Part shown: positions 8,410 to 16,170 of the stretch, one piece after another
Layout of the letters: each line of letters starts with the position of its first letter
Position numbering within the stretch: the stretch's first letter is position 1
Assembly: GCA_964618905.1 (NCBI GenBank)
Contig: CAZUDK010000004.1
Location: 1-49,026 of the forward strand
Reading direction: 5' to 3'
Source: an uncultured Candidatus Saccharibacteria bacterium
GTDB taxonomy: Bacteria; Patescibacteriota; Minisyncoccia; Phycocordibacterales; Zambryskibacteraceae
DNA: 49,026 bases
Made by a program: the position numbers and the translations under genes
The notes under the pieces: model-generated
The model's input: only the letters and a program-made list of their open reading frames with translations
Told to the model about the DNA's origin: nothing
Database searches by the model: none

Positions 8410-8547
8410 TTAATCCTCCTTTCCATGCGTTATTAAATGGAAAATATTTAGTCAAAATCTTAAGACGCATTCGAAAAGACTTCGTTTCAATAAATATACT
8501 TATATGCTAATCTACAAGTGATTAATTAAAGGTAAACTGTACCTTAT

Positions 8548-8618
8548 TGCCCGATCGTCTAATGGCAGGACGCTTGGTTTTGGTCCAAGAAATTGGGGTT
8601 CGAGTCCCTGTCGGGCAG
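8548..8618 (+). tRNA. tRNA-Gln (anticodon TTG)
   Basis: Acceptor TGCCCGA/TCGGGCA, anticodon arm CTTGG-TTTTGGT-CCAAG, T loop TTCGAGT, discriminator G. CCA is not encoded (followed by CCG). Confidence 0.9.
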
Positions 8619-8619
8619 C
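8601..8619 (+). repeat. 19-nt direct repeat, left copy (CGAGTCCCTGTCGGGCAGC), inside tRNA-Gln
   Basis: Exact match to 10253-10271. Spans T-loop position C56 to one base past the discriminator. Confidence 0.9.
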
Positions 8620-8709
8620 CGTTTAGAGCGTCGTACGAGACGCGTTCATACATCTCTTTTCAAGCTCTGCATAGAGTGGTATTGTTGGTGCCAGCGATAC
8701 AATCCAACC

Positions 8710-9279
8710 ATGAAAGAAATTGAGATTTTGATAGAAGTTAAGAGTGATATAGAAACGGCCAAGAAAGCTCTTGAGCAGTTTGAATTTGTTGGTGCTAAAG
8801 AAGTTATTGATGTCTACTTCACAAGCCCATTTAGGAAAGATTTGCAGCCTGATGAGAGCGGCAGATTAAATAATTGCTACAGAATTAGATCAAAAGATGG
8901 AAAGGCATCTGTTGCCTACAAAGTAGATCACTTCGATAACAACACACAGTGGTCTCATTCTGATGAACACGAAACTGAAATTGGAGACTTTACAACTGCG
9001 CTTGAGATTAATCGCCATCTTGGATTTGAAGAACTCGTAAGAATTGATAACACGAAGTACACCTACATGACTCGTGATTACGAAATAGTGCTGGAGGATG
9101 TAAAGAATCTCGGACTTTTCCTTGAGGTTGAGAAACTTGAGCAGGTCCCAGATGAAAAAGTTGCCGAAACAAAGGAGGAAATTAGAAACTTTCTTAATAC
9201 TCTCAATATTGAATTCGGTGAGGAACAGAATGCTGGAAAGCCAGAGTTAATGATAAGGAAGATTAAGAATCATGGATAA
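8710..9279 (+). CDS. CYTH-domain protein (class IV adenylate cyclase / CyaB-like triphosphate tunnel enzyme)
   Basis: Start set at MKEIEILIEVK (ExExK signature), because the track start 8593 lies inside tRNA-Gln. Also CYRIRSKDGKASVAYK and LGLFLEVE, both typical of CYTH. Confidence 0.75.
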   Translation: MKEIEILIEVKSDIETAKKALEQFEFVGAKEVIDVYFTSPFRKDLQPDESGRLNNCYRIRSKDGKASVAYKVDHFDNNTQWSHSDEHETEIGDFTTALEINRHLGFEELVRIDNTKYTYMTRDYEIVLEDVKNLGLFLEVEKLEQVPDEKVAETKEEIRNFLNTLNIEFGEEQNAGKPELMIRKIKNHG

Positions 9280-10030
9280 TGAGCAAATAAGTTTGTTGCT
9301 TGAGTCTAATGCCAAATTAGCAGAAAGTATTGCAAAATCATTACCTTCATTAATTGAATCGTTAGCAAAGACTAAATTTAAATATACTAGCAAAGCACTT
9401 TTAGGTTTACTTTCCAGAAGTGGGTATCTAAATAGTGCAATTCTTAGTGAATGCAATAACAGGAATGTGTATTCTTCCGCGGTTTTATCTCGATCTATTA
9501 TTGAGCATAATTTTCGACACCTTTACATATACGTTAGAGCATTAAATGAAAATGACGACTCAGTTGGAGAGCGATATTGTAAAAACCTTAAGGCAAATGA
9601 GGATCTTGAATCATTTGAAAAAATCAATAATTACAACAAGGTAGTCTATCCAGAAAAAGATAAATTAAGCACTAAGGGTGATAATAATAATGCAATTCGA
9701 GAGTCAGGAAAGGAATTCCGCATCGAGCAAATATTTTTCTATCTGGTTTCTAATAACAACGATAGTATTAAAGAGATTGAACAATATAAAAAAGAGTACC
9801 TTCTGGGCCGTTTAGAGCAATATACAAATTTTTCTTCTTCAGTACATGGTGGACCGTTTGGTGCAGCAACACTCGAGAATTCCCACCAGAGTAATATTGA
9901 GAATGATTTATTAAGATTCGCACAGAATAGCAACGAGCTACATAAAAGCTTAGTGGAAGCAACTTATTTATTTGGATATTTAATGGACGGCACATTAAAA
10001 GATTGTTACGAGGAGATCAAAAAAATTTAG
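9272..10030 (+). CDS. hypothetical 252-aa helical protein, start overlaps the CYTH stop (ATGGATAATGA)
   Basis: An 8-nt overlap with the upstream gene suggests translational coupling. Low G+C. Motifs RSIIEHNFRHLYIYVRAL and SSSVHGGPFG; family not recognised. Confidence 0.6.
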   Translation: MDNEQISLLLESNAKLAESIAKSLPSLIESLAKTKFKYTSKALLGLLSRSGYLNSAILSECNNRNVYSSAVLSRSIIEHNFRHLYIYVRALNENDDSVGERYCKNLKANEDLESFEKINNYNKVVYPEKDKLSTKGDNNNAIRESGKEFRIEQIFFYLVSNNNDSIKEIEQYKKEYLLGRLEQYTNFSSSVHGGPFGAATLENSHQSNIENDLLRFAQNSNELHKSLVEATYLFGYLMDGTLKDCYEEIKKI

Positions 10031-10080
10031 TGCTCGAGACGCGTCGCTTTGAGTGCTAAAATAAGCTCAATTCCGTCAAT

Positions 10081-10253
10081 CTGGGCTTGGCCGATTAAGG
10101 TCCCAGCCCGAGACGGCCAGCAATGATTTGCAAAAACAGCTGGGAGCTGTTTGAGCAAAGCATCATTGCTTGTTTCGAGAGGGACGAGAAAGCCGGAGCG
10201 CGGCGGAGTGAGGCGGGGTCGAGCAAATTTTCAGCAGAAAATTATGCGTGACC
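10081..10253 (+). ncRNA. candidate structured element, copy A (strand of expression not established)
   Basis: Hairpins CTGGG..CCCAG (10081-10106) and AGCAATGAT...ATCATTGCT (10119-10170, with inner AAACAGCT-GGG-AGCTGTTT), then GCCGGAGCG, GCGGGG and P3 = GGTC GA GCAAATTTTC-AGCA-GAAAATT(A)TGC GT GACC (10217-10253). Confidence 0.5.
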
Positions 10254-10271
10254 GAGTCCCTGTCGGGCAGC
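10253..10271 (+). repeat. 19-nt direct repeat, right copy (tRNA-Gln 3' fragment)
   Basis: CGAGTCCCTGTCGGGCAGC identical to 8601-8619. Followed by CAA, the trailer seen after three other tRNAs in this window. Confidence 0.9.
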
Positions 10272-10309
10272 AACGTTTAAAAAACGTCAAAAAATAATGC
10301 AAAACTATT

Positions 10310-10558
10310 TTATTTTTCAGAGTCTATTTTGAAGACCTTTGTTTTAGACTTGGCTCCGGAAACGAGTTTAATCTGATATCTGGCTACTTTAAAATACTCT
10401 GCTAAAAGTTTAATGATTGCTTCATTTGCGCGGCCTTCAATCGGCGTCTCTTTAACCAAAACTGTATACCACTCTTCCAAGCCATCTATAAGCTTAAGCG
10501 GCGGAGGAATTATTTTGTTCTCCTTGGCGTTAGTTTTTGCCTTAACGAAAATTTTCAT
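10310..10558 (-). CDS. DUF167 (YggU-like) protein
   Basis: Start set at MKIFVKAKTNAKENKI. The motif VKETPIEGRANEAIIKLLAEYFKV...IKLVSGAKSKTKVFKI matches the DUF167 pattern. Confidence 0.7.
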   Translation of the reverse strand: MKIFVKAKTNAKENKIIPPPLKLIDGLEEWYTVLVKETPIEGRANEAIIKLLAEYFKVARYQIKLVSGAKSKTKVFKIDSEK

Positions 10559-10641
10559 GAAATTTAAATATATAATAACCCCGCAAGACTCTGCCAACTA
10601 TAATTCAACTCGAGAAAAGCAACATATGCTATTCTAAATAA

Positions 10642-11565
10642 ATGAAAAAATACATTGCATTATTAATCATTATTGTAGTAGCCCTGACCCTATGGATATG
10701 GCGCGACAAACCCAACTCATCCGAAACCCAAGTCGGCGCGGCTGTATATACCTGCGACAATGGAAGAGAAATTTCCGCTATTTATTATGAAAATCCTGCA
10801 AAAGCTGCGCCTGTAACACCCGGAGAGCCGCCTGTACCTACCGGCAGCGTGGAGCTGTCTCTAAATGGCGCAGCAAGCACTACCTTGCCTCAGACTATCT
10901 CGGGCAGCGGCGTTAGATTCGCGAATGAAGATGAATCACTCATCTTTTGGAACAAAGGCAATTCTGCAATCGTCATGCATGGCGACAATTTAGATCCGGA
11001 TTACGAGAACTGCATGACGAACACTAACAACGCTGATAATACTGAACAAACTTATACCAGTGATACTTACGGATTCTCTTTCGACATTGCTGCCGGATAC
11101 ACTTACAAAGAATATACTGATGAAATCATAGCTATCGGCAATCCGGTAGGCCAAGATGGGTTCGATGCAGTAGCGGAAGTAAATGTAGTGAAGAGCGGCG
11201 GTGAAGGCGGCTACCATAGCTTTAATGACTTTCTTTTTGAAACCAGCAGAAATATATGTGCTGCCGATGGACCGGGCGCCACAATATATTGCGACAAAAT
11301 AATGCAAAGAGAATCTTATACGACAGAAAGCGGTCTGGAAAGCACTCGTTTTTACCTAAATCGAGTCCATGAAAACTTAGATACCGGAGAGAAGGCAGAA
11401 AGTGCTTTCGGTCCCCTCTTTGCTTTTAACATCGCAGCCAATACCCCTGAATCTAAATTTTCTGCACTGGTTGTACGCCCTCCAGCCAATCTGACTTCAG
11501 GCGAGATTGACGCCGAGCTTGTGCAAAATATTGCCGATTCCGTACATGTAGATAAAGTGAATTAG
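10642..11565 (+). CDS. membrane-anchored protein with MliC-like (lysozyme inhibitor) domain
   Basis: TM helix followed by VYTCDNGREISAIYYEN...VELSLNGAASTTLPQTISGSGVRFANEDESLIFWNKGNSAIV, the MliC pattern. The C-terminal half is unknown. Confidence 0.6.
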   Translation: MKKYIALLIIIVVALTLWIWRDKPNSSETQVGAAVYTCDNGREISAIYYENPAKAAPVTPGEPPVPTGSVELSLNGAASTTLPQTISGSGVRFANEDESLIFWNKGNSAIVMHGDNLDPDYENCMTNTNNADNTEQTYTSDTYGFSFDIAAGYTYKEYTDEIIAIGNPVGQDGFDAVAEVNVVKSGGEGGYHSFNDFLFETSRNICAADGPGATIYCDKIMQRESYTTESGLESTRFYLNRVHENLDTGEKAESAFGPLFAFNIAANTPESKFSALVVRPPANLTSGEIDAELVQNIADSVHVDKVN

Positions 11566-11718
11566 ATTTAATTTATTCTTAAAATATTAGCCAGCTATGC
11601 TGCTGGGTAGGCTGTCTGTATCGCTAAAAATTAAAAAAGAGAGTTATCAAGTTTGTTCAGGCTCGGCTTTATGTTTATAATTAATTTATTATTCTCCACT
11701 TAAAGCCAAAATTTTTGT

Positions 11719-12915
11719 ATGTTGAAAACTAGATTCATTATTGCCAGCGCCGTTTTAATCACTCTTTCTTGGGTGCCTACCTCTACGGTCTCAGCAGCCC
11801 CAAAATGCAATTTCGACAGAGACTTGGAAATCGATACTGTCGGTGAAGATGTAAGATGTCTGCAAAAATACTTGAATGAGTCTGGATATGTTATAGCAGC
11901 CTCGGGAGTCGGCTCACCCGGCAGAGAAACTAATCAATTCCAAGGCCTTACAAAGAAAGCTGTCCAGGCTTGGCAGGCCGCTCACGGCGTGAGTGCTACA
12001 GGTTATTTCGGTCCTATGTCGCGAAAAAAATATGCCGAGCTGCAATCAGGCTTACAACAGACACCTGCAAGCCCTCAGAACAACCCGTCCGTTGCAAATC
12101 TTATAAGCCAAATAACAAATCTTCAAAATCAAATTGCTGCAGCCAAGCAATCTGCCTCACAGACCCATGCAGAACCAAAAGCAAATGAAAAATCTGCAAA
12201 AGAAGCGATAAAGAAAGCACTCGATTTCATAGAAGAAGCGGAGGATCAAATAGATGATGGCGAGGGTGACATAAACGCAGCAAAGGCTGAAATTGAAAAT
12301 GCTGATGAAGATCTTGATGATGCAGTGGTTGCATATTTTGACGGAGACTATGAAGAAGCTCTCGAATCAGCAGAGAAAGCTTATGACAATGCCGAAGATG
12401 CTTTTGAAGAAGCGGGCGGTCAATCTGAGGAAGAAGAGACGGAAGACGCGGTGAAAGAAGCAAAGAATCAAATCGAAGATGCATGGGACACTATAGATGA
12501 AGCCAATGATGACGGAGAAGACACAGACAAAGCCGAAGATATACTCAAGGAGGCTGAAGATGTACTCGATGAAGCTAAAGACAATCTCGATTCAGAAAAC
12601 TACAAAAAAGCACAAGACTTAGTGGATGATATAGAAGATCTTGTCGATGATGCTATAGATTCCATAGGAGAAGCCGAAGAAGATGTTAAGGACGCAATAG
12701 ACGACGCCAGAGATGCCATAGAGGATGCAGATGACTTGATAGATGAAGCTCGTGATGATGGAGATGACACTGATGAAGCAGAAGAGTTGCTCGATGATGC
12801 AAGAGACACTCTCGATGAAGCTCTCGAGGAATTAGACGACAAGAACTATGACGATGCACAGGATCTTGCTGAGAAAGCTGAAGATCTCGCATATGATGCG
12901 ATTGACGAAATCTAA
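11719..12915 (+). CDS. secreted PG_binding_1 protein with long Asp/Glu-rich repeat tail
   Basis: Signal peptide. CLQKYLNESGY...LTKKAVQAWQAAHGVSATGYFGPMSRKKY is a peptidoglycan-binding-1 motif. The C-terminal ~240 aa are acidic helical repeats. Confidence 0.7.
   Translation: MLKTRFIIASAVLITLSWVPTSTVSAAPKCNFDRDLEIDTVGEDVRCLQKYLNESGYVIAASGVGSPGRETNQFQGLTKKAVQAWQAAHGVSATGYFGPMSRKKYAELQSGLQQTPASPQNNPSVANLISQITNLQNQIAAAKQSASQTHAEPKANEKSAKEAIKKALDFIEEAEDQIDDGEGDINAAKAEIENADEDLDDAVVAYFDGDYEEALESAEKAYDNAEDAFEEAGGQSEEEETEDAVKEAKNQIEDAWDTIDEANDDGEDTDKAEDILKEAEDVLDEAKDNLDSENYKKAQDLVDDIEDLVDDAIDSIGEAEEDVKDAIDDARDAIEDADDLIDEARDDGDDTDEAEELLDDARDTLDEALEELDDKNYDDAQDLAEKAEDLAYDAIDEI
12475..12912 (+). repeat. 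two tandem ~70-aa acidic repeats within CDS 11719..12915
   Basis: DDGEDTDKAEDILKEAEDVLDEAKDNLDSENYKKAQDLVDDIEDLVDDAIDSI versus DDGDDTDEAEELLDDARDTLDEALEELDDKNYDDAQDLAEKAEDLAYDAIDEI. Confidence 0.7.
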
Positions 12916-12927
12916 TCAATCCAATTA

Positions 12928-13287
12928 ATGAGCATTTGGAAGCACGGCAAATATGCAGACATGTGGTCTCTGGTGCATTTCCTTTCTGGATTTTTGCTTG
13001 CCGGTCTGTTCTACTTGCTTGGCTCCAGCTTGGCTGCCGCCCTGGCTTTTTCTCTGATCATTATGATCTTATGGGAGGTGTTTGAATTCTCGGTAAAGAT
13101 AATAGAACCGTTTACAAATATTGCATCCGATATTTTCTTCGGACTGGCGGGCTTTACCCTCTCGACATATTTGTATTCGATCAAAGACCTGCCATTCGAC
13201 ACGCCTCTACACATCATGATCCTTGTGGTGAATCTGATATTAGGTTTGTGGGGATTTATAGATTTCCTTAAAAGAGGCTACCGCTAG
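12928..13287 (+). CDS. hypothetical 4-TM membrane protein
   Basis: 119-aa hydrophobic ORF. The 3' end overlaps the dnaX stop region by 20 nt (convergent). Confidence 0.5.
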   Translation: MSIWKHGKYADMWSLVHFLSGFLLAGLFYLLGSSLAAALAFSLIIMILWEVFEFSVKIIEPFTNIASDIFFGLAGFTLSTYLYSIKDLPFDTPLHIMILVVNLILGLWGFIDFLKRGYR

Positions 13288-14338
13288 CAGGAGAAATCGA
13301 ATCTGCTAAAGCAATCTCAAGAGCTAATTCAGGTATAGAAGTCCTTCCGGAATCTTCATAAGCTGTAATAAATTTCACTAAAACATCCGAGGTAAGGTCG
13401 GGTCCAGCTTTAGCTGCCAAATCCTTCAAATATTTGAAATCATCTTCAGACACTTGATCTTCTATATATTTGTCCATTCCTGCTTTAAGGCGCAGCAGGA
13501 AAAGAAATCGCATTCTTTCGAGAATAAGCTTGGCGAAAAGCTTCATGTCTGTATTCGACTGCCCGGCTGCACCAACAGACTTCAAGCCTTTCTCCAAATC
13601 CTTTTCCACCACCGCTTCAAGGATACCTCTTACAAGCTGCGCCTTAGGAGCGCCTGTAATATTCTCTACATCTTCCCTGCTGATACTTTTCTTGTCGGCC
13701 GATGAAAGGACTTTCTCTATGACTCCGTGAGTGTCTCGGAACGAACCGTCACCTAAAATAGCGACAAGCTCCGCTGCATCCGGTTCTAATTTTGCTCCTT
13801 CTGTTTTGGCTATGGATACGGCGAAGTCTTTTAATATTTTTTGATTTGGCGATTTGAAAGCGAAAGTTTGGCAGCGTGAGATAACAGTCTCAGGCAATTT
13901 GTTCGGTGCGGTGGTAGCCAGAATAAATACGACATGTGCCGGCGGCTCTTCGAGAGTTTTAAGAAGAGCATTGAACGATGCACGAGAAAGCATGTGCGCC
14001 TCGTCGAGTATGTATACTTTATACTTGGATTCATATGGCAAGGTGTGAACGCTCTCTGTCAGCTCGCGCATGTTATCTACTTGAGTCTGTGAAGCGGCAT
14101 CCATTTCATATAAATCATTTGCAGATGTGCCGATTTCCTTAGATAAAATTCTGGCGACAGAAGTCTTGCCAGTGCCTCTGTTGCCGGAAAACAAGTACGC
14201 ATGAGAAATATTACCTAGCTTTACTGCGCTTTCGAGCACGCTCACTATATGCTCTTGGCCTATTACATCTTTAAAGCTCTTGGGCCTGTACTTGCGATAA
14301 AAAACAGTGCTCTCGCCTCCCTCTTTTGCTTTCGTCAT
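13268..14338 (-). CDS. dnaX: DNA polymerase III gamma/tau subunit (short form)
   Basis: YRKYRPKSFKDVIGQEHIV, Walker A GNRGTGKTS, YILDEAHMLS, and sensor SRCQTFAFK. Confidence 0.9.
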   Translation of the reverse strand: MTKAKEGGESTVFYRKYRPKSFKDVIGQEHIVSVLESAVKLGNISHAYLFSGNRGTGKTSVARILSKEIGTSANDLYEMDAASQTQVDNMRELTESVHTLPYESKYKVYILDEAHMLSRASFNALLKTLEEPPAHVVFILATTAPNKLPETVISRCQTFAFKSPNQKILKDFAVSIAKTEGAKLEPDAAELVAILGDGSFRDTHGVIEKVLSSADKKSISREDVENITGAPKAQLVRGILEAVVEKDLEKGLKSVGAAGQSNTDMKLFAKLILERMRFLFLLRLKAGMDKYIEDQVSEDDFKYLKDLAAKAGPDLTSDVLVKFITAYEDSGRTSIPELALEIALADSISPASGSLF

Positions 14339-14432
14339 GGAGTTAGTATAGCAAACAAATGTAAAAGCCCCCCACCACTCTTCGTTTCGAAAAGTAGTGG
14401 AGGGCTGCCGGCCGTCAGGCCGGGTTAAGGTT

Positions 14433-16043
14433 TTAGGATCCTTTGTACGTCTGGGACACGCCCTTGACGTTCATATACTTAAGGATGAGGCCAGACTCTT
14501 CGCTGTACGGAATTACATCGGCCGAAACCGGCGGAGTGATCGTCCAATCGTAGCAGCGCTTCACTTCCGGAGTCGTGATGCTCGTCTGCACGCAGACGAT
14601 AACCGTTCCTTCTGAGACACCGCGGAGCACGGCATGAATGCCTGCGTAGTACTGAGTTCCATCAATGGTAATGATGTTATCAGCACCTGCTACTTGAGCT
14701 ACATCAGGACGACTCAAGTACCAGAACGGCTGGCAATTCGTTGTACCGGATGGCCAGTTCTGCACTGCAAGCGTTCTTGTACCATTCGCCGGAAGCGACC
14801 CGCCAGCTGGCAAGTAGTCGATTGTCGTCGGGCAAGTTGGCGCAGGGGGTGGATTGACTACCGTGAGCACGCCAGAGTCCGAGACAGACGTGTTCGCCAC
14901 GGCTCTTGCAACTACGGTTATCGTGCCTGGCTCATTGCATCTGAGCACAAGATCGTTTGGAGCCCGTGTTACAACAGAGGCAACGCTCGAACTCGGAACA
15001 TCCCACTCCACCGCAGTCGATGAAATGACTCCAGTGTAATGGACAACCGCGCTGAAGTTGGCATGATTGCCGACAACACAATCCTGAGCCGGAGGAACTA
15101 CTTCGACTTGAGTCACCTGCCCCGTAGGACCGGCGCACTCGACTACTGTAACTTGAACTTGAGTGGTTCTCCCATCCGTTGTAGTGAAGGTGAGAGTCCT
15201 TGTACCCACTCCGATTGGAGTGAAAGTAACACTCGAGCTTGTCCAGGTTACGCTTACTACACCTTCGCCGCCAGAAACGGAAGCAATAGTTCCGCCACTG
15301 ACAGTTGTCGTAGCAGAAATCATCGAGCAACCGTTGCCTTCGATGCGAAGCTGCGGCGGCGTACCGACCGTGAAATCTTCTGAGGGACAAGCATTAACCG
15401 TTACGGAAACGGTGTCTGCCTTGCCCTGCGGAGTTGTTCCGACGACCCGAGCCGTACCCGAAGCATTGTTCGTGTTCGCATTGACAGTAACCGTCCGGCT
15501 GTCCTTATTAGTAAGGAAAGCCAGTGCTCCGTCGAGCATACTCCAGACGCTGATGTCCTTGTCCGAACTGACGAAAGCCTTTGAAGGGCCACTCGCTGGA
15601 CAAGCCGAACCCCAGATGAGATTCGGATTTACCGACAAGATCGGCTTCTCCGGTTCCGCCGGACCAGACGTTACAACAAGGGTACGCGTCTCAGTAACCG
15701 ACCCGCTCTGATTGCTGCAGGTCAGGCTGTACGAGAACGTACCCGCTGAAGGCGGAGTAATTACCTCACTAAGAGTGAGGGAATTCACTTCACCATCCCA
15801 GTCGCCGCCCTTGTCCATAGGCGGAATGCCCTTGGGACAGCTCGCTTTCGCTAGCACGCTCTGGCCAAGAGTGATGTTATTGGCCGAAAGAGTGAAGGTC
15901 AGGTCAGGAGGCTGGCCCGGTGGCCCGCCTCCTCCGCCCTCTCCAGGGCCGGTGATTACTATCACCTCGGCCTTGGAACTTGCGTCGGCTTTGCAGCCGG
16001 CTATCAGCACAAGGGCCGGCAAGACGAGCCACAAGCGGTTCAT
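14433..16043 (-). CDS. lipoprotein with tandem Ig-like (Big_2-type) domains
   Basis: Lipobox LVLIAGC. Thr/Val/Gly-rich beta-repeat segments (...ARVVGTTPQGKADTVSVTV..., ...GTITVVARAVANTSVSDSGVLTV...). GGAGAGGA RBS upstream. G+C-rich by spot count. Confidence 0.7.
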   Translation of the reverse strand: MNRLWLVLPALVLIAGCKADASSKAEVIVITGPGEGGGGGPPGQPPDLTFTLSANNITLGQSVLAKASCPKGIPPMDKGGDWDGEVNSLTLSEVITPPSAGTFSYSLTCSNQSGSVTETRTLVVTSGPAEPEKPILSVNPNLIWGSACPASGPSKAFVSSDKDISVWSMLDGALAFLTNKDSRTVTVNANTNNASGTARVVGTTPQGKADTVSVTVNACPSEDFTVGTPPQLRIEGNGCSMISATTTVSGGTIASVSGGEGVVSVTWTSSSVTFTPIGVGTRTLTFTTTDGRTTQVQVTVVECAGPTGQVTQVEVVPPAQDCVVGNHANFSAVVHYTGVISSTAVEWDVPSSSVASVVTRAPNDLVLRCNEPGTITVVARAVANTSVSDSGVLTVVNPPPAPTCPTTIDYLPAGGSLPANGTRTLAVQNWPSGTTNCQPFWYLSRPDVAQVAGADNIITIDGTQYYAGIHAVLRGVSEGTVIVCVQTSITTPEVKRCYDWTITPPVSADVIPYSEESGLILKYMNVKGVSQTYKGS

Positions 16044-16170
16044 ATTGTCCTCTCCAATTCCTATGGTTTAAAAAGAGCTCAAGAGAGGCATTCTCCTGAA
16101 AATCCTGCCTCTTCTTAGCATAAGAGACGCATAGTGTCAAAGAAACTTACTTGTAAAAACGTTGCAAATT

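Larger units (their letters stand above)
8620..10252 (+). mobile_element. putative tRNA-Gln-associated insertion (cargo of 2 genes plus structured right end); no recombinase gene
   Basis: Bounded by the 19-nt direct repeat. Cargo is visibly AT-rich (18 G+C in the 60 nt 9301-9360). The right end carries the conserved structured module shared with 23822-23935 and 37633-37783. Confidence 0.5.

Noticed and set aside
8593-8709. N-terminal 39 codons of the track ORF 8593..9279
   Set aside because: The proposed start lies inside tRNA-Gln. The CYTH ExExK signature begins at the internal ATG at 8710.
8548-10271. Group I intron or split tRNA-Gln (exon 2 at 10253-10271)
   Set aside because: The left copy is already a complete, foldable tRNA-Gln, so no splicing is needed. 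I found no P7/G-binding-site-like core, and the insertion point is in the T loop rather than the anticodon loop.
12227-12919. Minus-strand ORFs (His/Leu/Ser-rich) within the acidic repeat region
   Set aside because: These are the reverse-complement frames of GAT/GAA-rich repeats. The plus-strand ORF has a signal peptide and a PG-binding domain.
14634-16071. Plus-strand ORFs 14634..15023, 15039..15383, 15163..15711 and 15712..16071, and minus-strand out-of-frame ORFs
   Set aside because: They sit inside the G+C-rich lipoprotein gene, where high GC suppresses stop codons in all frames. The minus-strand 536-aa frame has a lipobox and domain repeats.
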